A stretch of DNA of 64,000 nucleotides, taken from the human T2T-CHM13v2.0 reference genome, Homo sapiens. Position 1 is the stretch's first letter; every line of letters starts with the position of its first letter. This document shows, piece by piece, positions 13,674 through 28,742 of the stretch. The DNA lies in the NCBI RefSeq assembly GCF_009914755.1, contig NC_060931.1; one strand, written 5' to 3'. A program made the translations under genes and the position numbers. The notes beneath the pieces were generated by a model. That model was not told the origin of the DNA and searched no databases. It saw nothing but the letters and a program-made list of their open reading frames with translations.

Positions 13674-13701
<28 letters not shown>
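13622..13701. repeat. (TA)n-(CA)n compound microsatellite between 27-bp direct repeats
   Basis: Seen directly. Confidence 0.92.
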
Positions 13702-13704
<3 letters not shown>

Positions 13705-13959
13705 CCAGGAGATTGTATAGTGTTATGACCCAAACTTATAGACACCTAAACACACTATCTCTTCATTCCTTACCTTGACCTGTGCTAATCACTGATTGCA
13801 TGCTCTACAAGTAGGAGGTTTTATGTCATTCACTTCTATGACCAGCACTTGGTAGGCCCCTAGGACATAATAACTGCTCAGTTAATATTTGTTGAGTCAT
13901 GAATAGATGAAAGTTCTGATTTAGCAGTATTTCTATGGAAAAGAATTTGAACCATAATA

Positions 13960-14140
13960 ATCATGATGGCTATTATTAATTAAACCCCTATAATGTGTCA
14001 TGCTCTAGGCTAAGTAACTTTCGGACAGTAACTAATCCTTTTATAACATCTTGAGGAGGCTGCTGTTACTATTCACATTTGACATTTGAAGAATTGGAGT
14101 CTCAGAGAGGTTAGATAATTTGCCAGTGTCATATAACCAT
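13960..14140 (-). mobile_element. MIR SINE
   Basis: attcacatttgacatttgaagaattggagtctcagagaggttagataatttgcc (antisense MIR core). Confidence 0.7.
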
Positions 14141-15196
14141 CTCTCATATTTTTTTTCCATTTAGCAGGATCAAGTATAATGTAGGGTGTCCTTTTTCTTT
14201 TTCTTTTAATTTTTTTTTAACTACAGCTCATTGGAACTTAGCCTATTTCATCCAGATGTGTAACATCCTCCTTAATACTATTTTTCTTCTTATTCCCAGT
14301 TACTCTGAGAATTCTTTCCCTTTCTTCACTAGATCTGTGAGCCAAAGATGATGCTAATCATAGCTCATAAACATGAGTTTGGTATTAATATTATATGTTT
14401 GTATAATAAAAGAAAAGGAAAACATTTAGCCTTAAAGTAAAATAAGTTGGCTCTGTTAGCCTCTAGAGTTCTTAAAAATAATTATAAGTCTCTTCAGAAT
14501 CCCTCTAAATGTCTTCATCTCCTTTATTGTCTTTATCTGCTTAAAACTGCTTCTCTTGAAAGACCAGAATGCAAGATCAAAAAATCAAATATTATATATA
14601 ATATTGATTTCTGGTAGATTCATAGAATTTCAAAGCTGGAAACAATCTTATTTTATTTTTTAGAATAGGAAAAATCTTTTGTAAATTAGAACACTTAAAA
14701 AATAAGTTAGGACACTGGAAGTCTTAGGGAATTAATTCTGCCAAAATACACCTTGCCCAGCTCCCATCTTTCTGTAAGCTATAAGGAGTTGTTCATAATG
14801 AAGAAACAGACCCCTTTAGGCAACAACAAAATCAGAGAAGAGCTGAAGATTTGGGGAATACATTATGCACAGTTACTGTGTGTCTTCATTTTGCAGAAAG
14901 AAAAGTATACTCTACTTGGTTTGATATTGTCTGTGAAAGACTAATATTTTTTAAAATTCAGAAGTCGCAGGACAGACAGTAATATAGAAGAGATGAAAAT
15001 AAAATGGGAGTAGAGAGGGGAAGAAGTTAAAAGAAAAAGCAGTGGCATTTAGAAGCTGTTGCAGAGATCAAACAGGACAAACAAGGCTTAGAGTTAGTAA
15101 CAAATGGACAAAGCAGAGATCAGTTTTGCCTTCAAGGGGTGCTGTGATGAGAGTATGTGTAAGTGGTAAGACAATTGCCTAAACCTCAGTAAGATA

Positions 15197-15281
15197 TGGA
15201 ATTGTATCTTTACATGCATCTTTATCCCTAGTAATTACAAGATTGGAATTGTATCTTTATATGCATCTTTATCCCTGGTAA
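15197..15281. repeat. Tandem duplication, 38-bp unit, 47-bp period
   Basis: tggaattgtatcttta(c/t)atgcatctttatccct(a/g)gtaa at 15197-15234 and 15244-15281. Confidence 0.95.
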
Positions 15282-16248
15282 GTGGTATCTGTACTTCTGC
15301 ATATGTGATGGTATGATTCATTGATAATTTGAACCTCTTCATTGTACTCTTTTTAAGAAGGGAAGAAAGTGTGTTTGCATACTTTAGAAAGGAGTTTATC
15401 TAAATGCTCTTAAAGTATAGTTTGATATGGAAAGGTTTCAACTCTCAATTAATCAGCAACTATTTTTTTTTTTTGGCCTAGGCTGACCCGTTTCTCAAAA
15501 TTAAAAGCCACTCATATTTGGGATCTGATAAATAAGTGTTTGTGGGCTGGCAAGTGTGGGAACCTAATGTCCATTTAAATCTTGATTTTTGTATAATTAA
15601 GTTGTAAATTATATATGTCTTACAAATGATCTTTTATGATTTGATGATGAAAGTTGGAGTCCTATTTTTGAAATAGACAAGAGAATGAAAAAAAAATCAT
15701 TGAATTTTTAGAGAAACAATGTAGTTAATGGAAAGAGCAATTGGCTATGTTTTTGCATCTTTGTGACCTTAAGCCAAAGTTTCTTTTTTGGTCCTTAGTT
15801 TCCTTACCTGAAAAGTGGAATAATTTCTGGCACATATGGTTTGGTACATCACATGAAATATATATATGAAGTGCCCGGTTTTGTGTCTAATATATAGTGC
15901 TGACTCAGAATTTTATAATTCTTAATGAGGTTAGGAAAAAAAAGAAAAGAAATTTAATGATTAAATATCTAAATATCATTTCTCCCACTTCTCTCTTCTC
16001 AGTCAGAATATATTTCTCCAATTCTTAGTCACTTGGCCTGTCACTCAGAAGCCATAATAGCACTAAAGTCAATTTTGCTAGGCTCTAGAGAATTTAACCT
16101 GAGCTTCAAATTAGTTCTCCTTTTGTATTCTGCAGCAGGAAACAACCACTTCCTAGACTTGGGTGGGAGAATAAATATTATGAACTTGTCTAGGAATAAG
16201 TCAACCCTATCAATGAAAAGATCATGATTTTAACTGAGTAATTTAGGA

Positions 16249-16741
<493 letters not shown>

Positions 16742-17857
16742 TTAGGTGAATATTCCTGACAAACTGGTTTAAAATCATGTTTAAATATCTGCAAATTTTC
16801 TCATTAAAAAATCAATCTCATAACTTTCAAGTGTTTGCTACAATGATTCTGGGTGAGCTAAAAGATGGTCTGGAATTCATAGATCTCATTTCATCATTCA
16901 TGGACTATTTAGTTATTTTGGGTAGAACATGTACTGTTTACTGTTCTTCATATGTTTTCTTAAAATTTCAGAAGTTGTTTCAAGGTTACTAAAATTGAGT
17001 AAACTGCTGATTAAAATAATTTCATAAGTATTTTTATTTATATTATGTAGACATCTGTTTTCATCTCTCTGGGATAAACTATAGGCCATTAAATATCTCC
17101 CCAGAGGGGTATAGCTTTCTGTCATTATTAAAGCTGAGCTTTCTAAATCTCTCCTAAAAGATTGTTGGCACATCAGTTAGAATGTAAACAAAGGCTTTCT
17201 GAAATTTCTTCCTGTAAACAAATGCTTTATATTTTCACATGGAGATTTCCTAGCTTGTGCCATTTAAGCTCTGTAGAAATGTTTATCAGTGAATGAATGA
17301 GTTCAGGTTCTTAGGCAATAAAATGGGGGAAAAAGTAAGGTAATATTTACTGAAATAAGTCAACTTTGATTAGGTCTGTTACTCAGAGATTTTGCTTTGC
17401 CTTCCCAGGCAAATTTTATAGCTGTCTAAAAGGAGAGGTCTTGAGGAAGTCAAGCTTATGATTGCCTCTAAGTCATCTACTGACATGCTTTGAACTATCA
17501 AGGTTCAAGGCAGTGTGGTAGACCTTGGGAGATGGGATGGAGATATTATTTATTATGTTTCAGATACAAAACTAGGTCTTTGTTCATAATGATATTTAAA
17601 ACAAATAACCCTCATTTCTATGCATGGAAAATAGTGATAGCTTATGAAAGAGTTTAGAAATGGATTTCTTGCAGTGGAGAGTGATGTTGAGAAAATCAGT
17701 GAAGGACAAATTGTGACCTACATTTTAGCAAAAGTAGGTTATTTGTTTTAAAAATATAGTCAGTTTTCTAATTACTGAGTTTGTTATTCCCTTTGTTTGT
17801 AAAGTACTTACCTCATGCCATCTGTGTGAGTGTCCTACCAAACTTCCAAGTCCATTT

Positions 17858-18063
17858 CTTTTTTAAAATTGATATATAATAGTTGTATACATTTTGGGGG
17901 TATATGTGATATTTTGATACATGTATACAATCCCTAGTGATCAAATCAGGGTAACTGAGATATCCATCACGTTATACTTTCATCTTTCCTTGTGTTGGGA
18001 ACATTCCAATTCTTCTCTTCTAGCTATTTTGAAATATACAATAAATTATTGTTTACTATAGTT
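17858..18063 (-). mobile_element. L1MA 3' end fragment
   Basis: gatcaaatcagggtaactgagatatccatcac...ctagctattttgaaatatacaataaattattg. Confidence 0.85.
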
Positions 18064-20472
18064 TTCCAAGCTTATGTCTGATGACACTTCCTCATTGAAT
18101 TTTTCCTGCCTTCCCTGCCCTTCTACTCTAACACATATCCCCTTTGATCACCTGTTCTTTCAGACACCTCCTATGATATTTACATAAAATAATGCTGGAG
18201 TTTATCACCAGTAGTGCTTAGCACCATGCCCCTTACACACTCACTAAACATTTAGCGAAGTAGTTTGTGACTATAGTAGAAATATCCACCCCCCCACCCC
18301 CCGATTAAAAAAAAAGGTCATTACTATCTATGCCTGGGAAGTGAGTCATCGTTCTTTAGATTTGCTAATTTTTACTTAAGGGGGAAGAGGGCACCTCGTT
18401 TCTTATAAAACTGTAGAGTTAAACTGACTAAAAGCAGAGTGATGACCTAGTGATCAGAACCGTTTCTTTGACAGATTTGTTCATTTGTGGAAATCCCAAA
18501 CCCTTTTCAGAGCAGTTTTTGTAATCACTTTTTGTGGTGTTTGTTGGATTCTCAGAATCTTTTTCTCAAAATAGTAGATGCCTGGATTTGCTATTCCAGG
18601 TACTTCTGAAAAGAAGATTTTGAGAGATACTGTAGAATTTTAATTGCATTGGAGGTAATGCTTTTCAGATGTATATGGAAAGTTAGATTCCAAGGATTAA
18701 AAAAAAATGAAATTCTTAAACAAATTTTGGATTCCAAGTCCAGATTCACCGGCTAGTTCCAATGGGTTTGAGGGGATGACGTATAATGTCTGTGTTTGAT
18801 AAGACTAAAAGCTTTTTGAAAGTGTGTGATAGCCAAGAGGTAAACTTTTGCTCCTAAGGATCTATTGATTACCTTGATTTCATCTCCTTACATGAGATAC
18901 GTACCTTTTAGCTTTCATGGGCCATGAATATACCCTGTATATGTTTATATGCCTGTATATATGATATATTCATATATATGTAAATAAAAATCAAGTATGA
19001 TAGTAAAAGGATTTGTGTTAGGTCTCTCAGCTCTTAGAAGTTTGAATAATCTCATATAAGTTGCTTAACCTCTGGTGCTTTTCTTTCCTTTTAAAAATGA
19101 GGGTGATTATACCTTCTTAAGTGAAGTTTATGAGGCTTGTTTTCATGACATATACAAAAGACAGGGATTCTTAAGGTCAAATGAATACAGCTAGGGTTAG
19201 GTTATCTGGATAATTAAAGCTGAAAGCTTGGAGAAAAAAGATTTCATTGGGATGGAGGGACATATATTAGGGAGAGTATTTAAATAATTTAACTTGATTC
19301 ATTGTGGATGTCCGGGTCATTGAAAAATTACCAGTCTTTCATTTTGTTTTGTATCAAATTGACATGAAAACTGTAGTCACTTCATATTTATGCCCAGTTC
19401 ACAAATATCTCCTTGCTGTTTAGTCACAGACAAAAGATAATAATATTCTATTACAGTGTATCAGTTGAAATAGGCTAAATATTTATGAATATATGTTTTG
19501 AAATTGGAAGCATGTTGGAAGAAAAGAATCAATAAAGATATAAACTTGTTTTGCTAAAACAATTTGAACCTTTTAAAGATTTTCTTACTGATCTGATTAT
19601 TTGACATGCCCAAAGCGGGATAGAAACAAAAGAATTTGTTAAGAGGCTTACTTATATACTTATGTATAGAGTTTAATTCTTGGATTTTATTTTATGAGTT
19701 TGAATATTAATTTTAATATACTTTACTAGATCAGTAACTCACACACTATTCATTCTGGGAATGTTTCATCTTCAGATAACTAATATGCTAAAAATATAAG
19801 AGATTCCAAAAAAGTTCAAAATTACACATGAAAATGAATCTGTAGATTTTAAGCTTTGATTAGAAAGATTTGAAAATTTATTGTGATTAAAGATAAGTTT
19901 AAGTACTTAGATAAAACACTATGGACAGATGAAAGGAAATCTAATAGGATAGCAAATATGTAGAACACATTGGTATTTCCAGCATTTTATATTTTAGTGT
20001 CTTCAGTTTCCATAGGTACCATTACTTAAATAAGAGTGATTTTTTTTTCATTCTCTAAAATGGGGAATAGATAAAAATGTGTGAAGCAACTGGTTTCTTC
20101 TGTCTGATTTGGGCTTCTAGATGCCATGCCTGGAGAGTTTGTAGAAGAACATAGTATTAGGACTTGCCTTTTTTGAAGTGTAATTTAGAAGTCAATATAA
20201 CTAGGAATCTTAGTTGGACAATCTCTACTTTGTTATGGAGGCACTGTGTAGAGTGAGTTGCATCTAGCAGTCAGGTGAAAATCCCATAGTCAGAATCATG
20301 GTTTAGGGATATAACACAGTGGCCAATTTTACCTTACTTTTTTCAGGTCATGTGTCTAGGTGGTCTCACTTCAGTTAATTTTACAGGAAATTCATTAATA
20401 CTCATTTGCATATTTTATTTCTTTTTCTTTAGTCAGAAAACACTTAAAATAATTTATATATTCTTTCCATAG

Positions 20473-20665
20473 GATTTAGCCTGTGTATATTGACTGTCAG
20501 ACTTCAGGCATACATTATTTGGGGATGATGGAATACAAAGACCCACATGATTGATTATGTAATTCAAATTTACTTTCTGCGTTCTGAAGATACCACTTCA
20601 CTGTACCAACAATATTTTGACTTGATCTTAGTTACTGTATTTTAAATGCTTGCACAAAATGCAAG
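20473..20665 (+). other. Candidate spliced non-coding or 5'UTR exon (193 nt)
   Basis: Acceptor ttctttccatag|G and consensus donor AAG|gtaagg in non-repetitive sequence; contains short ORF MMEYKDPHD* (20525-20554). Confidence 0.5.
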
Positions 20666-20959
20666 GTAAGGGCAAGATGTCTGTTTACTGTTTGAACTGT
20701 TGTCATCCTAAGTTAAATATGTGGATTTTTGGCTCATTTTTTGTATAACTGCATTGATCTGATGTGTCCTACCTCAGAGAACTGTGTTTATATCTTTGCA
20801 TCACTTTCTTATGAATTTTGCATTCTATTATTTGTATCCTTTTATTATTGTTATTAGTAAATACTAAAAGCCCAATGGTCAGACATTCTATCTTTTTAAT
20901 TTTTTTCTTTGAGGATTTGGCACAGTACTTGAATATGGTTGTTACTTTTAAGTGAAAGT

Positions 20960-21400
20960 TGTTACTTTATAGAAAAGTCGGCTTGCAGGCCATGGAGCCA
21001 GGAACTGATATGCTCACCCTCTGGAGCTGGTCAGGTGAAGACATATCACCCCTGCTTCCAGGGACAGACATTGGCTTGCATTGCCTGACCATCAGTGCTG
21101 GACACTCCTTTATCAAGCTCCAGAATTGCTGCCTCTGGAAACGGAATGTAGTTTTGCCACCCTCTCCTGAATTCCTGTGGTCCTAGCTTCTTCTCATCCC
21201 TAGCTTCTGTTGAAAATCTGTGGACCCTTGGATTAGTTGGCTGGGCCTATATCCTGAGCCTAAGTCCTAGCTACAAGGAAGGTTGAGCAGAGCCGTATGT
21301 GGCATTTTCTACAGCTACAGTGAAGAGTGAGCTCTGCCTCATGAAGTAAGAGATTCTTCAAACACAGAAAGTGGGTTCAGATGCTGGGTACTGAACAGTG
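20960..21400 (-). mobile_element. MaLR solo LTR (MLT1M/N/O-like)
   Basis: cctagctacaaggaaggttg...tggcattttc...gctctgcctc...gggttcagatgctggg is typical of old MLT1 LTRs. Confidence 0.7.
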
Positions 21401-23817
21401 CTTTCTCTGGGGGCAGTTGCTACATTCCCAGAGAGCTGTAAAGTGACATGCTAGAAGGGACAAGAAACTTTCAGAACCTGTACTACCATAGTACAGGTGT
21501 CACTTATGTTGAGAAGAGTTCTAGTATATATTTTGAAAGGCAGATTGGTGCTAATTTATAGTTTTTGCTGTGTTTAATGTTTTGAGTATATATGATAGTG
21601 ACTTAGAATTTGTAATAAGTTTCATGAAAAAACAAACTAGAAGGTGAAACAATAGGGGAAAATATGTATGCTAATAACAGGTGCAGGTCAAAACAGTAAG
21701 ATGAAAGCTTGTTTCAAAAATGTAGCCTCCTGATAGGATTGACACTTATAGCCAAGTAGTCAGGTCCTTTTGGCTGGGGTTTGGGGAGGCCTGAGTGAAA
21801 TATTGAGTCTGGCCATGTGACTAAGTCTGTTTTATTACTCAAATAATGGACCCATCCACCTGATGCTCAGCTCTGTATACAGTCCATCTAGGTCTCCTGA
21901 TGTCGTGTTCTCCTTTTCCCATGCCACCTTGTAATCCCATGGTGGGTTCTCCTTCCCAAGAGCAGGTCTTTCATATTCAGTATGGGTCCGTAGGAATATA
22001 TTGGTATATATTATAATAAGTAATGAGTGAATTAATTCTAAATTTGGAACATGATGGTCATGATGAATTAGAAACCTGTCACTTAGTTGGTACAGTGGTG
22101 GGGCAGGAGCAGGGAGGGACAGGCCAAATGTGCACATTAGAGTTATCTGGCAAACTCTAACCACTTTTACTTTATTTACCATAATGGGGTGGTTTTGTTT
22201 TTACATTTTCCCTCTTCATTCCTATGTTTTCCCCATTCCCCCATCACTCCCATTCCTAGCAGCTGGAGGTTTCTATTTGGGTATCCTCTAAGTAGCTAGT
22301 GGTCATATGCCTGATGTTGGTTTGCCAGTCATTGGGAGGGGGCAGAGGGGTGTGTACCATGACACATTTTCCCAAAGATGCTGATGATTTAGTTTCCAGG
22401 CTAGCCTACAGAAGCTTATTTAACTTATTATGTCTCTGAGATATACTAAGGGGTAGAAAGGAAGTATAGCTAGCTTTCCCCTCTCTTTCCAAGTTACATG
22501 GTTAGTCCCAAGCATAATTTTGAAGTAAGTAAAATCCATCTTTTGCATCTTGTAACTTCTCTTTGTGCATCCTGGTAATCCTTTTGTCATTCTCCTGGCA
22601 TTTATAGCATACTTGAAACTTGGGACTCCATGGACTTTCAGAACTTTTCCAGGTTTAAACAGAGAGCTCTGGGGACAATGTATTTCCCAAGAGAGAGAAA
22701 GGCTAAGTACTCCAATTATTATTATTCATTTTGTGTCAAGGGTATATATCACTACGCCAAAACCCTGGGGCTAACTTGCAACCTTTATGTTCCTTAGAAA
22801 ACTTTGGCCTTAACATTCTGGTCCAAGCATGGCCTAATGTTTTTACCTTTGTTTCCATTAAGCACACCTGGGATAAGCCAGAATTTTCAAAAAGAAATTC
22901 TTAAATACCAAGGGAGAATGGTAAGAAAATACTTTTTAAAACTGACAAATGTATTACAGAGCTTTGCCCATTTCTATCCAGTTTTGATTAGTCTAAGCAG
23001 AGCAGGTTTGTGGGATTTTGCCTGTGTGTGAGCTTGGCTGGGCTTACATGGAGCTGACTCAAGGGCTAGCACTTGCTTTTGGGAGTTGAAATGTCAGTTT
23101 TCTCAAAACTCTCATATGCCTTTTGGTTTCTACACTCACAGATTTCCACCATTCTCCCACACATGCAGGGAGGAGGAATAGGAGCAATGAAAGGTGAATT
23201 TCATGAGGACTATTGTTGTATTAAGAAGTGTAATACTCAAATGTCTTGCTGGTCTGACATTGGAGGTATGAAGCAGGGAATGGGATACTTAGGTCAGGTC
23301 AAGGAGGGCATAAAATAGGGTCCTCAGAATTGGATGCAAGTGTTGTGGCCCCCATATAAAACAAAAATGGGATTTACCCAAAATAGAAGGCTACTCTGAC
23401 TTACTTTAGAGACTATGAAGCCTCTATTGGGCTAGTTAGCAGCTCAGACAGTGGTGGGAATTTATCTAAGTATGCTGAGCCTTTTAATGACAGTGCTATG
23501 ACAGGACACACAGCTCTGGAAGGCTTCCTAATGGGGCAGGAACCTCACCTGGGGGAGGGTGGGGTGGTGATGGAGGAAACAAGTTAGAGAGCGCCTAGGG
23601 GAGGTGAATCATAGGGTGTGATGTTGAGATAGTTTGCTCCTTTCCACTGAGTGCTTCTCTACTAAGGTTGTCTTCTGGCTAGTAAAGGAGGCATTCCAAA
23701 ATGGTTCATGCTTCAAAATGACATGTTTTCTTTCCCCAGTAAAACAGTTCTTTTTTTTTTTTTTTTGAATGGTCACTTTTTTTTTGAACTTTTCTGCTTT
23801 TCTTATTTTTTCAGAAG

Positions 23818-23910
23818 CAGCTATTCTCAAACTTTTTGGTGTCAAGACCCTTTTACCTAAAAATTATGAAGGATCCCAAAAACACTTTGTCTAGGTGAAT
23901 TATATCTATT
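23818..23910 (+). mobile_element. Charlie1-family DNA transposon terminal fragment
   Basis: cagctattctcaaactttttggtgtcaagaccc...aaaaattatgaaggatcccaaa matches the remembered Charlie1 end. Confidence 0.7.
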
Positions 23911-24589
23911 GCACAAGAAGAATAAGTTAGGATTTTATGGAAAGTAACTGTCTCTACTGTTTTGCCTGTTTACATATCTTCAGTAATGTATACCTTTTTC
24001 CTCTCAAAAACTTGAGATAGGATGAGTGAGATTTCTGTCATTCTTGGAATATGAAATTTATATATAGTTTGGTATAGTTCAGAGACCTGAATTGCTTAGC
24101 TGGGAATAGTTGACTAGGCCAGCTCTTTTTTTATGTTCATTTCCATGTAAGCAGGATTCTGCTTCTGGGGTCTCTTTTCTGTCATGATGCTTTATTTGCT
24201 TTATTTCTATGTCACAAACTGATTTTGTCAATTTTTATAGTTTTATACGTTTGGTATCATATAGGGCAAGTTTTCTCATCTTGTTCTTCATAAGAGAGCT
24301 CTTCTTAGCCCTTTGTTCTTCTGTGTAATTTAGAATTAGCCTGTGCAATTGCTCATAAAACATTTTTCTTTCAGTTTGATTGGAATTTCATTGAATCTGT
24401 AGATTAAATTTGAGAGAATGTTTAAAATAATGAATTTTCCGGTCCTTGGCTAAGATCATACTTTTCTATCTCTTTGGGTCTTCTTTAATATATTTATTAT
24501 ATAATTATACAACTTTTGTTTAAAACATTTTTTGCTACTGTTGTGGATAGTGTCTTCTTTTTGTCCATGAATTAAAAGGCAATTAATTT

Positions 24590-24899
24590 AAAAAGATCAT
24601 TTTTTCTGAGACAAGGTCTCACTTTGTTACCCAGGCTGGAATGCAGTGGTGCAATCATGGCTCACTGCAGCCTCAACTTCCTAGACTTCAGTGATCTTTC
24701 CACCTCAGCCTCCCCTAGTAGTTGGGGCCACAGGCATGTGCCACCTCACTGGGCTAATTTTTGTACTTTTGGTAGAGATGAGGTTTCGCCATGTTGCCCA
24801 GGCTGGTCTCGAACTCTTGGGCTCAAGTGATCTGCCCACCTCAGCCTACCAAAGTGCTGGGATTACAGGTAATCACCTGTATGATTACCATGTCCAGCC
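24590..24899 (-). mobile_element. AluJ (Jo-like) with 15-bp TSD
   Basis: J diagnostics (atcatggctcactgcagcctcaac, gttgcccagg, gggctcaag); aaaggcaattaattt at 24575-24589 and 24902-24916. Confidence 0.92.
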
Positions 24900-25790
24900 T
24901 GAAAGGCAATTAATTTTTGATACTAACTTTCTTAGAACTTCTGAGTTATTATCAATTTTAAAAATTTGCCTGCAGATTTCAGATTTTCTGAATAGGTGAT
25001 TGTATAGTATTCCAATAATGATAGTTTATTTCTTTGTTAGAAAAGAAAAAAAAATGCTTATACTTTTGTTTTTTTTCTTCTTTGTCTTACTTGGACCTCC
25101 TTTAAAATATTGACCAAAGGTGAGGGTAGTGGACATTTTTGTCTTGTTTCTGATTTTAATGTTAAAGATTTTAATATTTTATTATTATATATGGCATTTG
25201 GTGTTAATTTTTGTTAGGTATATTTGATCAGGTTAAGGAAGTTCTCTTCAATTGCCATTTATTTATTTGCCATGTGTTAAAAAATTGTGAATGGATATTG
25301 AGTTTCATTGAACTTTTAAAATACATCTATATAGATATAATCATATAAGATTTCTCCTTTAATGATATTAATAGGTACTTTTCATGTTAAACCACTTGAA
25401 TTCATGGGATAAGTCTTTGTTGTATTTTATGTTTTTATTCACTGGCTGATCATATTTGCTAATATTTTTTTCAGAGTTTTGCGTCAATGGTTGTGAGTGA
25501 GATAGACCCATAATTTTCCTTCCTCCTACTGTCCTTCTGGGTTTTGGTATAAGGGTTATACCAGTCTCCTAGAATGACCTGAGGAATGTTTTCACCTCTT
25601 AGGTTTTCTGAAGCAGTTTTTGTAATACTAGATTGGTTTGTTCTTTGAGTGCTTCATTCAGTTTCCTCTAAGACCATTTAGGACTTTTTTTTTTTTGCAT
25701 TATGAGTTTTAAATTTTTCATTCAACCTCTTTGAAGACTATAGCACTCTACTTTAAAACCATTTTTTGGAGTCAATTTTGGTAAGGTTAT

Positions 25791-27952
<2,162 letters not shown>

Positions 27953-28676
27953 TTACTTTTTTTGTTGTTTTTCTTATTTTGATGCTTAGCTCATTAATTT
28001 TCAGCCTTTTTTTCTAACAGAAGATTTTAAGACTAAATTTTACTGCTTAGCTGCATCTCGCAAGTTTTTATATTTGTATGTTTGTCATTAGTTTTGTGTT
28101 TTCTGATTTCTATTGTTTACTCCTTTGGCCATGAATTATTTGTAAGTATTAATTTTTTTACTGACAGTTTTTTACTAATATATTTCAAAGCTCTTTGTTA
28201 AGTATATATAAGTTTAGACTTATGTCTTCCTTTATAATTTTAAAAGTCATTCTTTCCTTATGTACTTATATGCCATTTCCTTATTTCTACTTAAGTCTAT
28301 ATGTTGGATGCAAATATAGCTAAATTGGCTTTCCTTGAAGGCCTCTTTTAAAGTCTTTTATTTGCAATATTTTTGTGTCCTTATTTTTTAAGAATGTCTT
28401 ATGAACAGCATATCAATAGATTTCTTAAAAATTCAGACTTTTAAAGATAACAGGGAATTTGGTTCACTTAGATTTATTATAATTATTAATATATTTGTGA
28501 TTATTTTTAGCATTTTAATGTAACATTTCCATTTCTGTTGGTTTTTTTTTTCCTCTTTTTTGGTGATTTTTTTGAGTTTTTCCTTCTCATTTGTTTTGTC
28601 CCCTCCACTAGCAGGGAGCTTAGTTATTTTTAAAATTGTTTATTCTGTTATTTTAGAATATATGTTTGTAAATATG

Positions 28677-28742
28677 CGTGTGTGTGTGTGTGTGTGTGTA
28701 TATGTATATGTCCACATATATTTGTATTTATATATGTGTATG
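28677..28742. repeat. (TG)n/(TA)n microsatellite
   Basis: Seen directly. Confidence 0.85.

Noticed and set aside
13585-15281. Repeat-spacer-repeat patterns as a CRISPR-like array
   Set aside because: Only two copies each with unrelated units, in a human genome; simple local duplications.
23550-23575. G-quadruplex candidate gggggagggtggggtgg
   Set aside because: Only three runs of three or more G; no contextual support.
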